Translations under genes and position numbers: made by a program
Source of the DNA: Raja brachyura
Lineage: Eukaryota
DNA: 64,000 bases
Assembly: GCA_963514005.1 (NCBI GenBank)
Contig: OY740783.1
Span: 5,952,001 to 6,016,000, forward strand
Direction: 5' to 3'
In this document: positions 47,003-61,100 of the stretch, piece by piece
Position numbering within the stretch: position 1 is the first letter of the stretch
Layout of the letters: each line of letters opens with the position of its first letter
Notes under the pieces: generated by a model
Databases searched by the model: none
Told to the model about the DNA's origin: nothing
The model's input: only the letters and a program-made list of their open reading frames with translations

Positions 47003-47790
47003 AAACATAGAAAATAGGTGCAGGAGTAGGCCATTCGGCCCTTCAAGCCTGCACCGCCATTCAATATGATCATGGCTGATCATCCAACTCAGTATTCCGT
47101 ACCTGCCTTCTCTCCATACCCTCTGATCCCCTTAGCTACAAGGGCCACATCTAACCCCCTCTTAAATATAGCCAATGAACTGGCCTTAACTACCCTCTGT
47201 GGCAGAGAGTTCCAGAGACCCACCACTCTCTATGTGAAAAAAGTATTTCTCATCTCGGTCTCAAAGGATTTCCCCCTTATCCTTAAGCTGTGACCCCTTG
47301 TCCTGGACTTCCCCAACATCGGGAACAATCTTCCTGCATCTAGCCTGTCCAACCCCTTAAGAATTTTGTAAGTTTCTATAAGATCTCCTCTCAATCCTCT
47401 CTCCTCTCAAAGGTAGTTGAGGCCAGTTCATTGGCTATATTTAAGAGGGCGTTAGATGTGGCACTTGTGGCTAAAGGGATCAGGGGGTATGGAGAGAAGG
47501 CAGGTACGGGATACTGAGTTGGATGATCAGCCATGATCACATTGAATGGCGGTGCAGGCTCGAAGGGCCGAATGGCCTACTCCTGCACCTATTTTCTATG
47601 TTTCTATGTTTCTATGTAATCTCCTAAATTCTTAACATTTAAAAGTAAAGTGGATAGGTATATGGACGGGAAGGGAATGGAGGGGTATGGTCTGAGTGCA
47701 GGTAGATGGGACTAGGGGAAAATAAATGGTCGGCACGGACTGGAAGGGCCGAGAAGGCCTGTTTCCGTGCTGTAATTGTTATATGGTTAT
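47003..47790. mobile_element. Second fold-back pair of CR1 3' ends plus an adjacent CR1 tail
   Basis: Minus fragment 47003-~47400 and plus fragment ~47408-47617. Confidence 0.8.
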
Positions 47791-48889
47791 AAGTAATGCA
47801 CAAAGAGCCGCCATGATTCTGGCACCGAAAATTATCTATTGAACTGACATCGATGACAGTTCAGTCAAAAGTCAATTTCTTTGCACCAATAGAACCCGTC
47901 CTTGATTTAACCATTTAATCACAGCTAAGTATTATCGGTATATCCGCTGGAGTCACTTTGGGGGCAATGACACCACTGGTAAATACATGGTTATCTCCGT
48001 CAACATTGTTCGTTCAAATTCTACAAGAGCAGAGGAATGTACTGCTCATATACTGAGCAGAGCCCCCACAATTGTTTTTCAAACAAATATTATAGGGGAG
48101 GGTAACCCTTGACGAAGCCCAGTGCTAATGTGGATCTTGGACAAGCAGCAATCAAAGAGAAGCAGGGAGAAGAGCTTATTGGCTGAAACCCATGGGAAAG
48201 GTGAGTAAGTCACAGGGGAAAAACAGTTTAAAACTGAGGAATTTGGTTTGTACATTGGTAAATTAGGCAATTTATCAGTCAATATGAGTAAGCTGCTCTC
48301 GGGGAGCGGCAGTGAGGAAAGTCTGAATATTTGGCTCAATAGTCTTTGGAGAGGAGGCTACGCAAAAAGCTGGAGTGGACGAGACGCGGTAAGATGAAAC
48401 ATAGAATATAGGTGCAGGAGGAGGCCATTTGGCCCTTCGAGCCAGCATCGTCATTCATTGTGATCATGGCTGATCGTCCCATATCAATAACCCGTGCCTG
48501 CCTTCTCCCCATAGTCCTTGACTCCACTAGCCCCTAGAGCTCTATCCAACTATCTCTTAAATCAATCCAGTGATTTGGCCTCCACTGCCCTCTGTGGTAG
48601 GGAAATCCATAAATTCACAACTCTCTGGATGAAAAAGTTTTTTCTCACGTAACTCTTAATTGACCTCCCCTTTATTCTAAGACTGTGGCCCCTGGTTCTG
48701 GACTCACCCAACATTGGGAAATGTTTTCCTGCTTCTTGCTTGTTCAGTCCTTTTATGATTTTATATGTTTCTACAAGATCCTCCCTCATCCTTCTAAACT
48801 CCAGTGAATACAAGCCTAGTCTTTTCAATCTTTCCTCATATGACAGTCCCGCCATCCCAGGGATCAATCTCGTGAACCTACGCTGCACT

Positions 48890-51800
48890 GAACCTATGAG
48901 GCAGTGTGATGTTTGCAGGATGTGGGAGCCCAGGGACACGGATGGAGCCTCTGGCTGCTAAAACTGTGGCAAGTGCATCCAGGTTCAGCTCCTGAAGGAT
49001 CATATTGGGGTACTGGAGAAGCGGCTGGATGACCTCAGGGCCATCTGGGAAATTGAGAGTTTCCTGGAAAGGAGCTACAGTGAGGTTGTCACGCCGAGGA
49101 TACGGGAAGAACCAAGGTGTGTGACTGAGAGAGAGGATGGTAACCGTGGAGTGCAGGAGACCCAGGTGGCTGTGCCTAATGAAAACAGGTACGCCCTCTT
49201 GGGAACTGTCAGGGGAGACACTGCTTCCAGTCCGAGCGGCGGATACGTCGGTGGCTCCAATCCTAGAGATGGGACTCAACCAGCGACGGGCAGAGCCCTA
49301 GTGGTGTGGGACTCCATTGTCCGAGGAGCAGACAGGAGATTCTGTGGCGGCAGACGAGACACGAGGATGGTCTGTTGCCTGGGTTCAAGATGTGACAAGC
49401 CGAATTCAGAACATCCTCGAGAGAGAAGGTGAACAGCCGGCAGTAGTTGTGCACGTAGGCACAAACGACATCGGGAAAAAGAGGAAGGAGGCTGGGAAGA
49501 AGACTGAAATGCTGGACTTCTCGGGTGGTTATCTCTGGATTGCTTCCAGTACCTCGTGCTAGTGAGGACAGGAACAGGGAGATAGGGGATCTGAATAGGT
49601 GGCTGAGGGGCTGGAGCAGGGAGCAAGGATTTAGATTTATAGACCACTGGGAACTCTTCTGGGGTAGGGGTGACCTGTACAAAAGGTACGGGTTACACCT
49701 TAACTGGAGGGGGTGCGACATTCTGGCAGGCAGGTTTGCTAGGGCTACACGTGTGGGTTTAAACTAAATAGTGGGGGGGAAGGATTGACAAATTGGGAGT
49801 GTAAAAATGGAACTGAAGGGGAAGTGAGTGCAGGAAAAAATACAAAAGAGACTTGGATTAATGGGAAGGAAAGTTCGAGAAGGGATAAAAGAGCATCGTT
49901 AGGGCCAATTACGAGCGGTGCGAGGGGGAACATGTATACGGAGGTCAAAGTGTTGTATATGAATGCATGAAGATTTGAAATAAAGTGGATGAGCTTGAGG
50001 CTCAGTTAGAAACTGGCAAGTATGATGTTGTGGGAATTACAGAGACATGGCTGCAAGAGGGCCAGGGCTGGGAACTGAATATTCAAGGGTATACCTCCTA
50101 TCAAAAAGACAGGCAGGTGGGCAGAGGTAGTGGGGTTGCCCTGCTGGTGAGGAATGAAATTCAGTCCCTTGCAAGGGGTGACATTGAAACAGGAGTTGTG
50201 GAGTCGGTATGGATAGAACTAAGGAATTGTAAGGGTAAAAATACCCTAATGGGACTAATGTACAGGCCCCCCAAACAGTAGCCAGGACATAGGGTGCAAG
50301 TTGAATGAGGAGTTAACACTGGCATGTAGTAAAAGTAATGTTGTGGTTGTTATGGGAGATTTTAACATGCAGGTAGACTGGGAAAATCAGGTTGGTACTG
50401 GACCCCAAGAAAGGGACTTTGTAGAGTGCCTTTGTGATGGATTCTTAGAACAGCTTGTATTGGAGCCTACCAGGGCAATTCTGGATTTTGTGTTATGTAA
50501 TGAACCGGATTTCATAAAGGACCTCGAGGTTAATGAGCCATTAGGAGGCAGTGACCATAATATGGCCAGGTTTAATCTACAATTGGAGAGGGAGAAGGGT
50601 AGATCGGAGGTGTCAGTGTTACAGTTGAATAAAGGGGGCTATGGGGTCATGAGGGAGGAGCTGGCCAAGGTTGACTGGAAAGATACACTAGCAGGGATGA
50701 CAGTGGAACAATAATGGCAGGTATATCTAGGAATAATACAGAAGGTGCAGGATCAGTTCATTCTTATGAGGAAGAAAGATTCCAAGGGACAGTATCAGGG
50801 ACAGTATAAAAATAAAAGAGAAGAAGTACAACATAGCAAACTTGAGCGGGAAGTAAGAGGATTGGGGAATGTTTAAAGAGCAACAAGATGCTATAAAGAC
50901 AATTCAGGGAGAAAAGATGAGGTACGAAGGTAAGCTAGCCAAGAATATAAAGGAGGATACTAAAAGCTTATTTAAGTATGTGAAGAGGAAAAAATTAGTT
51001 AAGACCAAAGTTGGACCCTTGAAGACTGAAAAAGGTGAATTTATTATGGGGAACAAGGAAATGGCAGATGAGTTGAACAGGTACTTTGGATCCGTCTTCG
51101 CTAAGGAGGACACAAACAATCTTCCTGATCTAGTAGTGGCCAGAGGATCTGGGGTGACGGAGGAACTGAAGGGAATCCACATTGGTCAGGAAATAGTGTC
51201 AGGTAAACTGCAGGGACTGAAGGCAGATGATCTGATGATCTGCATCCCAGAGTACTCAAGGAGGTGCCCGGAGAAATCGTGGATGCTTTGGTGATCATTT
51301 TTCACTGTTCGCTCAACTATGGATCCGTTCCTGTGGACAGGAGAGTCGCCTTTTTAAGAAAGGAGTGAGAGAGAAAACAGGGATTTATCGACCAGTTAGC
51401 CTTACATCGGTAGTGGAGTAGATGCTGGAGTCCATTATTATAGAAATTATAGCAGCGCATTTGGAAAGCAGTGACAGGATCGGTCAAAGTCATCATGGAT
51501 TTATGAGGAGGAAATCATGTTTGATTAATCTTTTGGGATTTTTTTTGAGGATGTAACAAGTAGAATGGATAAGGGGGATCCAGTGGATGTGGTTTATCTG
51601 AACTTGCAAAAAGCCTTTGACAAGGTTCCACAAAAGAGATTAGTGTGCAGAATTAGAGCACATGGTTTTGGGGGAAGGGTATTGACATGGAAAGAGAGCA
51701 CGGCTCGGTGCTGGGATCCCCGTTGTTTACAATATATGTTAACGATTTAGACGAGGGAATTAAATGTAACAACTCTAAGTTTGCGGGTGACACAATGCTG

Positions 51801-52146
51801 GGTGACAATGTGGGCTGCGAGGAGGATGCTATGAGGCTGCAGGGTGACTTGTATATGTTGGGTGAGTGGGACGATGCATGGCAGATGCAGTATAATGTGG
51901 ATAAATGTGAGGTTATCCACTTTGCTGGCAAAATCAAGAAGGCAGAATATTACCTGAATGGTGTCAGATTAGGAGAAGGGGAGGTGCAACAAGACCTGGC
52001 TGCGCTTGTACATCAGTTACTGAAAGTAAGCATGCAGGTACAGCAGGCAGTGAAGAAGGCAATTGGCATATTGGCATTCACAGCGAGAGGATTTGAGTTT
52101 AGGAGCAAGGAGGTCCTACTGGAGTTGTATGGAGCCCTGGTGACTG
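48890..52146 (+). mobile_element. CR1 element with ORF1 (zinc finger plus SGNH/GDSL esterase) and ORF2, degenerate
   Basis: C..C.MW...C.KC, LVVWDSIVR, VHVGTND and GLHLN esterase blocks, then APE and RT motifs. Confidence 0.85.
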
Positions 52147-52986
52147 TATGGCCAGGTTCAGCTCCAACTCCATCATTAGGTTTGCTGATGACACTGTGGT
52201 GGTGGACCTGATCTCCGATAACGATGAGAAGATCCGGGAGGAGGTGGCTGATCTGGCACTCTGGTGTCAGGACAACAACCTCCTCTTGAATGTCACAAAA
52301 ACTAAGGAGCTGATCGTGGACTTTAGAAGGGCACAACATCTACTGTGGGACTACTGTGGATAGGGTGAGCTGCTTTAAATACCTGGGAGTCCACATCACA
52401 GAGGATCTGACATGGACATCACACGCTGCTGCACTGGTGAGTAAGGCAAGGCAGCGCCTTTACCACCTCAGGCAGCTGAGGAAATTCAGAGTCTCTCTGA
52501 GGAACCTTCAGTGCTTCTACTCTGGGGCTGTAGAAAGCATCTTGTCCGGCAACATTACAATCTGGTTTGGGAACAGTTCTGCCCAGGACAGGAAGACTCT
52601 GCAGAGAGTCGTGCATTCGGCCGAATGCACCATGGGAACAACACTCCCCCCCCCCCCCCCTGTAGGACCAATACACCAGGAGGTGCAGATCCAAAGCCAG
52701 TAACATTACGGGGGACCCCTTCCACCCCAGCAACGGACTGTTCCAGCTGCTACGGTCAGGCAAACGCCTCCGCCGTCACGCTGTGAAAACAAAGAGGATG
52801 AGACGGAGTTTCTTCCCACAGGCCATCAGGTCAGTAAACACTTATCTCACCTGGAACTAATTTACTGTTGTGTTGTGTGCTGATTCTGTTCTGTTCTGTT
52901 GTTTTTGCACAATCCGCCGGCATTGCCACTTTCATTTCACTGCACATCTTGTGTATGTGACAAATAACATTGACTTGACTTGACTT
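52147..52986 (+). mobile_element. Rex1/Babar LINE 3' fragment inserted in CR1
   Basis: SNSIIRFADDTVVV.LI, WCQDNNLLLNVTKTKELIVDFRR, FKYLGVHI, KARQRLYHLRQL; (TTGAC)n tail. Confidence 0.85.
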
Positions 52987-53269
52987 TGATCTCCTAATTT
53001 GAAGAAGGACATTATTGTTATTGAGTGAGTGCAGCATTGGTTCATAGAAAATAGGTGCAGGAGGAGGCCATTCGGCCCTTCCAGCCAGCACCGCCATTCA
53101 TTGTGATCATGGCTGATTGTCCCCAATCAATAACCCGTGCCTGCCTTCTCCCCGTATCCCTTGATTCCACTAGCCCCAAGAGCTCTATCAAACTATCACT
53201 TAAATCCATCCAGTGATTTGGCCTCCACTGCAAACTGTGGCAGGGAATTCCACAAATTTTGCCACAAGC

Positions 53270-56200
53270 AGGTTTGCCACTGCTACACGGATGGTTTTAA
53301 ACTGAATAAGGGGGGTGGGGTGTCAAATGGGATAATCGAGAACGGAGTTAAAGGGAAAGAGAGTAAAGGGATGGTTAATGACCCCAGAATTAACGGGAAG
53401 GAAAGCTCACAAAGGGATAGGAGAGTATGGCCAAGTGAATTAGGGATCCATGTGAAAGGGGCCACTTGTCAACATAATTGTATAAGGAGTAAGAGTGTTG
53501 TAAAAACAAGCCTGAAGGCTTTGTGTCTCAATGCGAGGAGCATTCGTAATAAGGTGGATGAGTTGAAGGTGCAGATAGCGATTAATGACTATGCTATAGT
53601 TGGGATCACGGAGACATGGCTCCAGGATGACCAAGGCTGGGAGCTGAACATCCAGGGGTATTCAATATTCAGGAGGGATAGACAAAAAGGAAAAGGAGGT
53701 GGGGTAGCGTTGCTGGTGAGAGAGGAGATTAATGCAATAGAAAGGAAGGACATTAGCGTGGAGGATGTGGAATCGATATGGGTAGAGCTGCAAAACTCTA
53801 AGGAGCAGAAAACGCTAGTGGGAGCTGTGTACAGGCCACCTGACAGTAGTATTTGAGTTGGGGATGGCATCAAACAGGAAATTAGAAATGCGTGCAACAA
53901 GGGTAACACTGTTATAATGGGTGACTTCAATCTGCATGTAGATTGGGTGAATCAAATTGGCAGGGGTGCTGAGGAAGAGGATTTCCTGGAATGTATGCGG
54001 GATAGTTTTCTCAACCAACATGTAGAGGAACCAACGAGAGAGCAGGCTATTCTAGACTGGGTATTGAGTAATGAGGAAGGGTTAGTTAGCAGTCTTGTTG
54101 TGCGTGGCCCCTTGGGCAAGAGCGACCATAATATGGTAGAGTTCTTCATTAGGATGGAGAGTGACAAAATTAAGTCAGAAACAAGGGTTCTGAACTTGAA
54201 CAAAGGTAACTTTGAAGGTATGAGATGTGAATTGGCCAAGATAGACTGGCAGGTGATTCTTAACGGGTTGACAGTGGATGTGCAATGGAAGGTATTTAAA
54301 GACTGCATGGATGAAGTACAAAAGTTGTTCATACCAGTTTGGCAAAAGAATAAATCGGGGAAGGTGGTGCATCCATGGATAACAAGGGAAATCAGGGATA
54401 GTATAAAAACAAAAGATGAGGCATACAAATTTGCCAGAAAAAGCAGCCTACCGGAGGACTGGGAGAAATTCAGAATCCAGCAAAGGGCTTAATTAGGAAA
54501 GGGAAAATAGATTATGAAAGGAAACTGGCATGGAACATAAAAACTGACTGCAAAAGTTTTTATAGATATGTGAAGAGAAAGAGACTAGTTAAAACAAATG
54601 TTGGTCCCTTGCAGTCAGAAACAGGTGAATTGATCATGGGGAACAAGGACATGGCAGACCAATTGAATAACTACTTTGGTTCTGTCTTCACTAAGGAAGA
54701 CATAAATAATTCAATGCAACATCTCCAAATTTGCAGATGATACCAAGCTGGGGGGTATAGTTAGGTGTGAGGAGGATGCTTGGAGGCTGCAGGGTGATTT
54801 GGATAGGCTGAGTGAATGGGCAGATGCATGGCAGATGCAGTATAATGTGGATAAATGTGAGGTTATCCACTTTGGTGGCAAAAACATGAGGGTAGACTAT
54901 TATCTGAATGGTGGCAGATTAGGTAAGGGGGAGATGCAACGAGACCTGGGTGTCATGGTACACCAGTCATTGAAAGTAGGCATGCAGGTGCAGCAGGCAG
55001 TGAAGAAAGCAAATGGTATGTTAGCATTCATAGCGAAAGGATTTGAGTATAGGAGCAGGGAGGTTCTACTGCAGTTGTACAGGGTTTTGGTGAGGCCACA
55101 CCTGGAGTACTGCGTACAGTTTTGGTCTCCAAATCTGAGGAAAGACATCCTTGCCATAGAGGGGGTACAGAGAAGATTCACCAGACTGATTCCTGGGATG
55201 TCAGGACTTTCATATGAGGAAAGATTGGATAGACTCGGTTTGTACTCGATGGAATTTAGAAGATTGAGGGGGGATCTTATAGAAACCTACAAAATTCTTA
55301 AGGGGTTGGACAAGCTAGATGCTGGAAGATTGTTCCCGATGTTGGGGGAGTCCAGAACAAGGGGTCACAGTCTAAGGATAAGGGGGAATTCCTTTAGGAC
55401 CGAAATGAGGAAAACATTCTTTACACAGAGAGTGGTGAGTCTCTGGAATTCTCTGCCACAGAAGGTAGTTGAGGCCAGTTCATTGGCTATATTTAAGAGG
55501 GCGTTAGATGTGGCACTTGTGGCTAAAGGGATCAGGGGGTATGGAGAGAAGGCAGGTACGGGATACTGAGTTGGATGATCAGCCATGATCACATTGAATG
55601 GCGGTGCAGGCTCGAAGGGCCGAATGGCCTACTCCTGCACCTATTTTCTATGTTTCTATGTTTCTATGTTTCCCCCTTATCCTTAAGCTATGACCCCTTG
55701 TCCTGGACCTCCCCAACATCGGGAACAATCTTCCTGCATCTAGCCTGTCCAACCCCTTAAGAATTTTGTAAGTTTCTATAAGATCCCCTCTCAATCTCCT
55801 AAATTCTAGAGAGTATAAACCAAGTCTATCCAGTCTTTCTTCATAAGACAGTCCTGACATCCCAGGAATCAGTCTGGTGAACCTTCTCTGCACTCCCTCT
55901 ATGGCTATAATGCCCTTCCTCAGATTTGGAGACCAAAACTGTACGCAATACTCCAGGTGTGGTCTCACCATGACCCTGTACAACTGAAGTAGAACCTCCC
56001 TGCTCCTATACTCAAATCCTTTTGCTATGAAAGCTAACATACCATTCGCTTTCTTCACTGCCTGCTGCACCTGCATGCCTACTTTCAATGACTGGTGTAC
56101 CATGACACCCAAGTCTCGCTGCATCTCCCCTTTTCCTAATCTGCCACCATTTAGATAATAGTCTGCTTTCCTGTTTTTGCCACCAAAGTGGATAACCTCA

Positions 56201-57425
56201 CATTTATCCACATTATACTGCATCTGCCAAACATTTGCCCACTCACCCAGCCTATCCAAGTCACCTTCAGTCCCATTAGCTTACCCAATACTATTTCTCG
56301 CCTAATGAAAATTCATTTCAGTTCCTCTACCCCCTTAGATCCTCTGTCCTCCAGTGCTTCTGGGAGATTGTTTGTGTCTTCCTAAGTGAAGACAGATCCA
56401 AAGTACCACTTCAACTCTTCTGCCATTTCCTTGTTCCCCATAATAATTTCACATGTCTGTCTTCAAGGGACCCACATTTGACTTTTTCCTTTAACATATC
56501 TAAAGAAGCTGTTACTGTCCTTTATATTCCTGGCCAGCTTCCCTTCGTACTTCATCTTTTCAGCCTGTATTGCCCGTTTTGTTTCCTTCTGTTGTCCTAT
56601 GAAAGTTTCCCAATCCTCTGGCTTCCGGCTACTCTTTGCTGTGTTATACATATTTTCTTTTAGTTTTATTCTATTCCTAACTTGCCTTGTCAGCCTCCTA
56701 CTCCCCTTAGAATCTTTCATCCTTTTTGGAATGAAATTATACTGCGACTTATGCCCAGAAATTCCTGCCATTGCTGTTCCACCATCATTCCTGCTGGGAT
56801 CCTTTTCCAGTCTACCTTGGCCAGCTCCTCTCTCATGCCTTCATAGTTCCCTTTGTTCGACTGCATAACTGACACTTCCGATTTAACCTTCTCCTTCTCA
56901 AATTGTAGATTAAAACTAATCATATTATATTCAGCATGTTAATTCCCAGGATGGCGGGACTGACGTATGATGAAAGAATGCGTCGACTGGGCTGGAATTT
57001 AGTAGGATGAGAGGGGATCTTATGGAAACATATAAAATTCTTGGAGGATTGGACAGGACAAATGCAGGCATAATGGTCCCGATGTTGGGGGAGTCCAGAA
57101 CCAGGGGTCATAGTTTAAGATTAAGGGATAGGCCATTTAGGACTGAGGTGAGGAAAAACCTTTTCACCTAGAAAGGTGTGAAACTGTGGAATTCTCTGCC
57201 AGAGGAGGCAGTGGAGGCCAAGTCATTGGGTGTTTTCAAGAGAGTTAGATTTAGCTTTAGATTTAGGGGAAAAAGCTGGAACGGGGTACAGATTTTGGAT
57301 GGTCAGCAATGATCATATTCAGGCATTGGAACCAGTTCTGGGGGAGGATATTGAATGGCGGTGCAGGCTCGAAGGGCCGAATGGCCTACTCCTGCACCTA
57401 TTTTCTATGATTCTATGATTCTATG
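53270..57425. mobile_element. Young CR1 copies in both orientations
   Basis: ORFs 53137-54492 (APE), 54799-55569 and 55648-56259 (C-terminal ORF2). Confidence 0.88.
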
Positions 57426-58145
57426 AATGGTGGTGCTGGCCTACGCCTGCACCTAATTTCTATGTTTCTATCCTGTAATCTTAGATCGAACGGCACACAC
57501 ATGCAATTTATCTGTTACCTTTTGTCTGCCTATGTCATTTTTAATTCGGTAACATATCGATCATCTTCCCCATTTCCTCCACAAGACTACAGTAGTCCAT
57601 TACATCATAGTGGGGAAAACTAAATTAACTTTATTAACGCCTCATACTTCTCTCTAATTGTTTGTGTTTATGTGGGTCTGCACAAATTGTCATTATTATC
57701 ATGAATGGAATAAATGATAAAATGACAAATAGCATAAGGAATGAATGCATTGAAGTTTCTGCCGAATCAGATTAACCCCCCTCTTCTACATTTTCTGTGG
57801 CCGAAGAAAAACATTTCATTGTGAACAGTGGGTAAGAGCTTCCTATGTAACTGAACGGAAACACCTGTGTCGACCGTGTTGCTAAATCAGGCGTTTTCTT
57901 TCTGCTGCTCAAGCACTGAAAACTCTGGTGGTGAATAACAACTAACAAAATAAAAAACTACCTAGCAACAGATCTCGCAAACTTCCAGCTACCAATCTTA
58001 TTGGTTACATGCTGCATCATTTTGGTTACATTGTCAAGAATTTCAATTCTGATCCTGTATATCCCGGTAACTGTGTTTGAGTGGGATTCGTTTACACGTG
58101 TACAGTGGGCATCAATGTCTCTGAGATTCTGTATGGAATCTGTTT

Positions 58146-61100
58146 AGACAATAGAAAATAGACAAAACACAATAGACAATAGGTGCAGGAGTAGGCCATT
58201 CGGCCCTTTGAGCCAGCACTGCCATTCAATGTGATCATGGCTGATCACCCCCAATCAGTACCCCGTTCCTGCATTCTCCCCATGTCGCCTGACTTTGCTA
58301 TCTTTAAGAGACCTATCTAGATCTCTCTTGAAAGTATCCACAGAACCGGCCTCTGAGGCAGAGAATTCCACAGACCCAACTCTGTGAGAAAAAGTGTTTC
58401 CTCATCTCTGTTCTAAATGGCTTACCCCTTATTCTTAAGCTGTTGCCCCTGGTTCCGGAGTCCCCCAACATCGGGAACATGTTTCTTGCCCCTAGCGTGT
58501 CTAAACCCTTAATAATCGTATATGTTTCAATAAGATCCACTCTCATCCTTCCAAGCTCCAGAGCATGCAAGCCCAGCCGCTCCATTCTCTCAGCATATGA
58601 CAGTCCCGCCATCCCGGGAATTAACCTTGTAAACCTACGCTGCACTCTCTCTTGAGGGTCTCTTTGCTCCTCTACTCAACTCCACTTGTTATAAAGGCCA
58701 ACATGCCATTCGCTTTCTTCTCTGCCTGCTGTACCTGCACGCTTACTTTCATAGACTGATGAATAAAGATCCCCAGATCCCGTTGTACTTCCCCTTTTCC
58801 CAACTTGACGCCATTTAGATAATAATCTGCCTTGCTGTTATTGCTAAAGTGGATAACCTCACATTAAACTGCAACTGCCATGCATCTGCCAACTAAACCA
58901 ACCTGTCCAAGTCTCCATGGCATTCTCATAGCACCCCCTTCACAGTTCACACTGCCACCCAGTTTTGTGTCATCCGCAAATTTGCTGAAGTTACTTATTT
59001 TGCTAAAATTTGCTGAATCCCTTCATTGATGTATATTGTAAATAGCTGCGGTCCCAGCTCCGAGCCATGCGGTACCCCACTAGTCAAACCTGCCATTCTG
59101 AAAGGGACCCGTTAATCCCTACTCTTTGTTTCCTGTCTGCCAACCAATTTTCTATCCATGTCAGCACTCTACCACCAATACCATGTGCTCTAATGTTGTC
59201 CACTAATCTCCTATGTGGGACCTTATCAAATGCTTTCTGAAAGTTCAGGTACACTACATCCACTGGCCCTCCCTTGTCAATTTTCCTAGTTACATCCTCA
59301 AAAGATTCCAGAAGATTAGTCAAGCATGATTTCCCCTTCGTAAACCCATGCTGACTCGGACCAATCCTGTTACTGCTATCCAAATGTGCCGCTATATCAT
59401 CTTTTATAATTGACTCCAGCATCTTCCCCACCACCGATGTCAGGCTAACTGGTCTATAATTCACTGTTTTCTCTCTCCCGCCTTTCTTAAAAAGTGGGAT
59501 AACATTAGTTACCATCCAATCCACTGGAACTGATCCTGAATCTATAAAACAATAGACAATAGACAATAGGTGCAGGAGTAGGCCATTTGGCCCTTTGAGC
59601 CAGCACCGCCATTCAATCTGATCATGGCTAATCACCCCAATCAGCACCCAGTTCCTGCCTTCTCCCCTTATCCCCTGACTCCCCTATCTTTAAGAGCCCT
59701 ATCTAGCTCTCTCTTGAAAGCATCCAGAGAACCGGCCTCCACCACCCTCTGACTCCACAGACTCACCACCCTCCTCGTCTCCGTTCTAAATGGCTTACCC
59801 CTTATTCTTAAACTGTGGCCCCCGGTTCTGGACTCCCCCAACATCGGGAACAATCTTATATGTTTCAATAAGATTCCTCTCATCCTTCTAAACTCCAGCG
59901 TGTACAAGCCCAGCCGCTCCATTCTCTCAGCATATCACAGTCCTGCCATCCCGGGAATTAACCTTGTAAACCTATGCTGCACACCCTCAATAGCAAGAAT
60001 GTCCTTCCTCAAATTAGGGGACCAAAACTGCACACAATACTCCAGGTGTGGTCTCACTAGGGCTATGTACAACTGCAGAAGGACCTCTTTGCTCCTATAC
60101 TCGACTCCTCTTGTTATAAAGGCCAACATCCATTCGCTTTCTTCACTGCCTGCTGTTCCTGCATGCTTACTTTCAATAAAAAAGATGAACAAGGACCCCC
60201 AGGTCCCGTTGCATTTCCCCTTTTCCCAACTTGACACCATTTAGATAGTAATCTGCCTTCCTGTTATTGCTACCAAAGTGGATAACCTCACATTTATCCA
60301 CATTAAACTTCATCTGCCATGCATCTGCCCACTCACCCAACCTGTTCAAGTCACCCTGCATTCTCATAGCATCCTCCTCACAGTCCACTCTGGCACCCAG
60401 CTTTATGTCATCTGCAAATGTGCTAATGTTACTTTGACTCCCTTCATCAAAATCATTGATGTACAGTGGCTTGCAAATGTTTTCATACCCCTTGCACTTT
60501 TCAACATTTTGTCACTACAACCACAAACGTAAATCTATTTTATTGGGATTTTATGTGATAGACCAACACAAAGTGGTGCATAATTATGAAGTGGAAGGAA
60601 GATGATACATGGTTTCCAAATGTTATTACAAATAAAAAACTGAAAACTGTGGCGTGCAAAAGTATTCAGCCCCCCTGAGTCAATAATACTTTGTAGAACC
60701 ACCTTTTGCTGCAATTACAGCTGCAAGTCTTTTGGGGTACGTCTCTACCAGCTTTGCACATCCCGAGACTAAAATTTTTGCCCATTCTTCTTTGCAAAAT
60801 AGCTCAAGCTCAGTCAGATTGGATGGATAGCATCTGTGAACAGCAATTTTCAAGTCTTGCCAGTGATTCTCAATTGGATTTAGGTCTGGACTTTGACTGG
60901 GCCATTCGCTTTACCAGATAAAACTGCGTGCGGAACACATTCAGACACCTGAATGTGCTTTGATCTAAACCATTCCATTGTAGCTCTGGCTGTATATTTA
61001 GGGTCGTTGTCCTGCTGGAAGGTGAACCTCTGCCCCAGTCTCAAGTCTTTTGCAGACTCTAACAGGTTTTGTTCCAAGATTGCCCTGTATTTGGCTCCAT

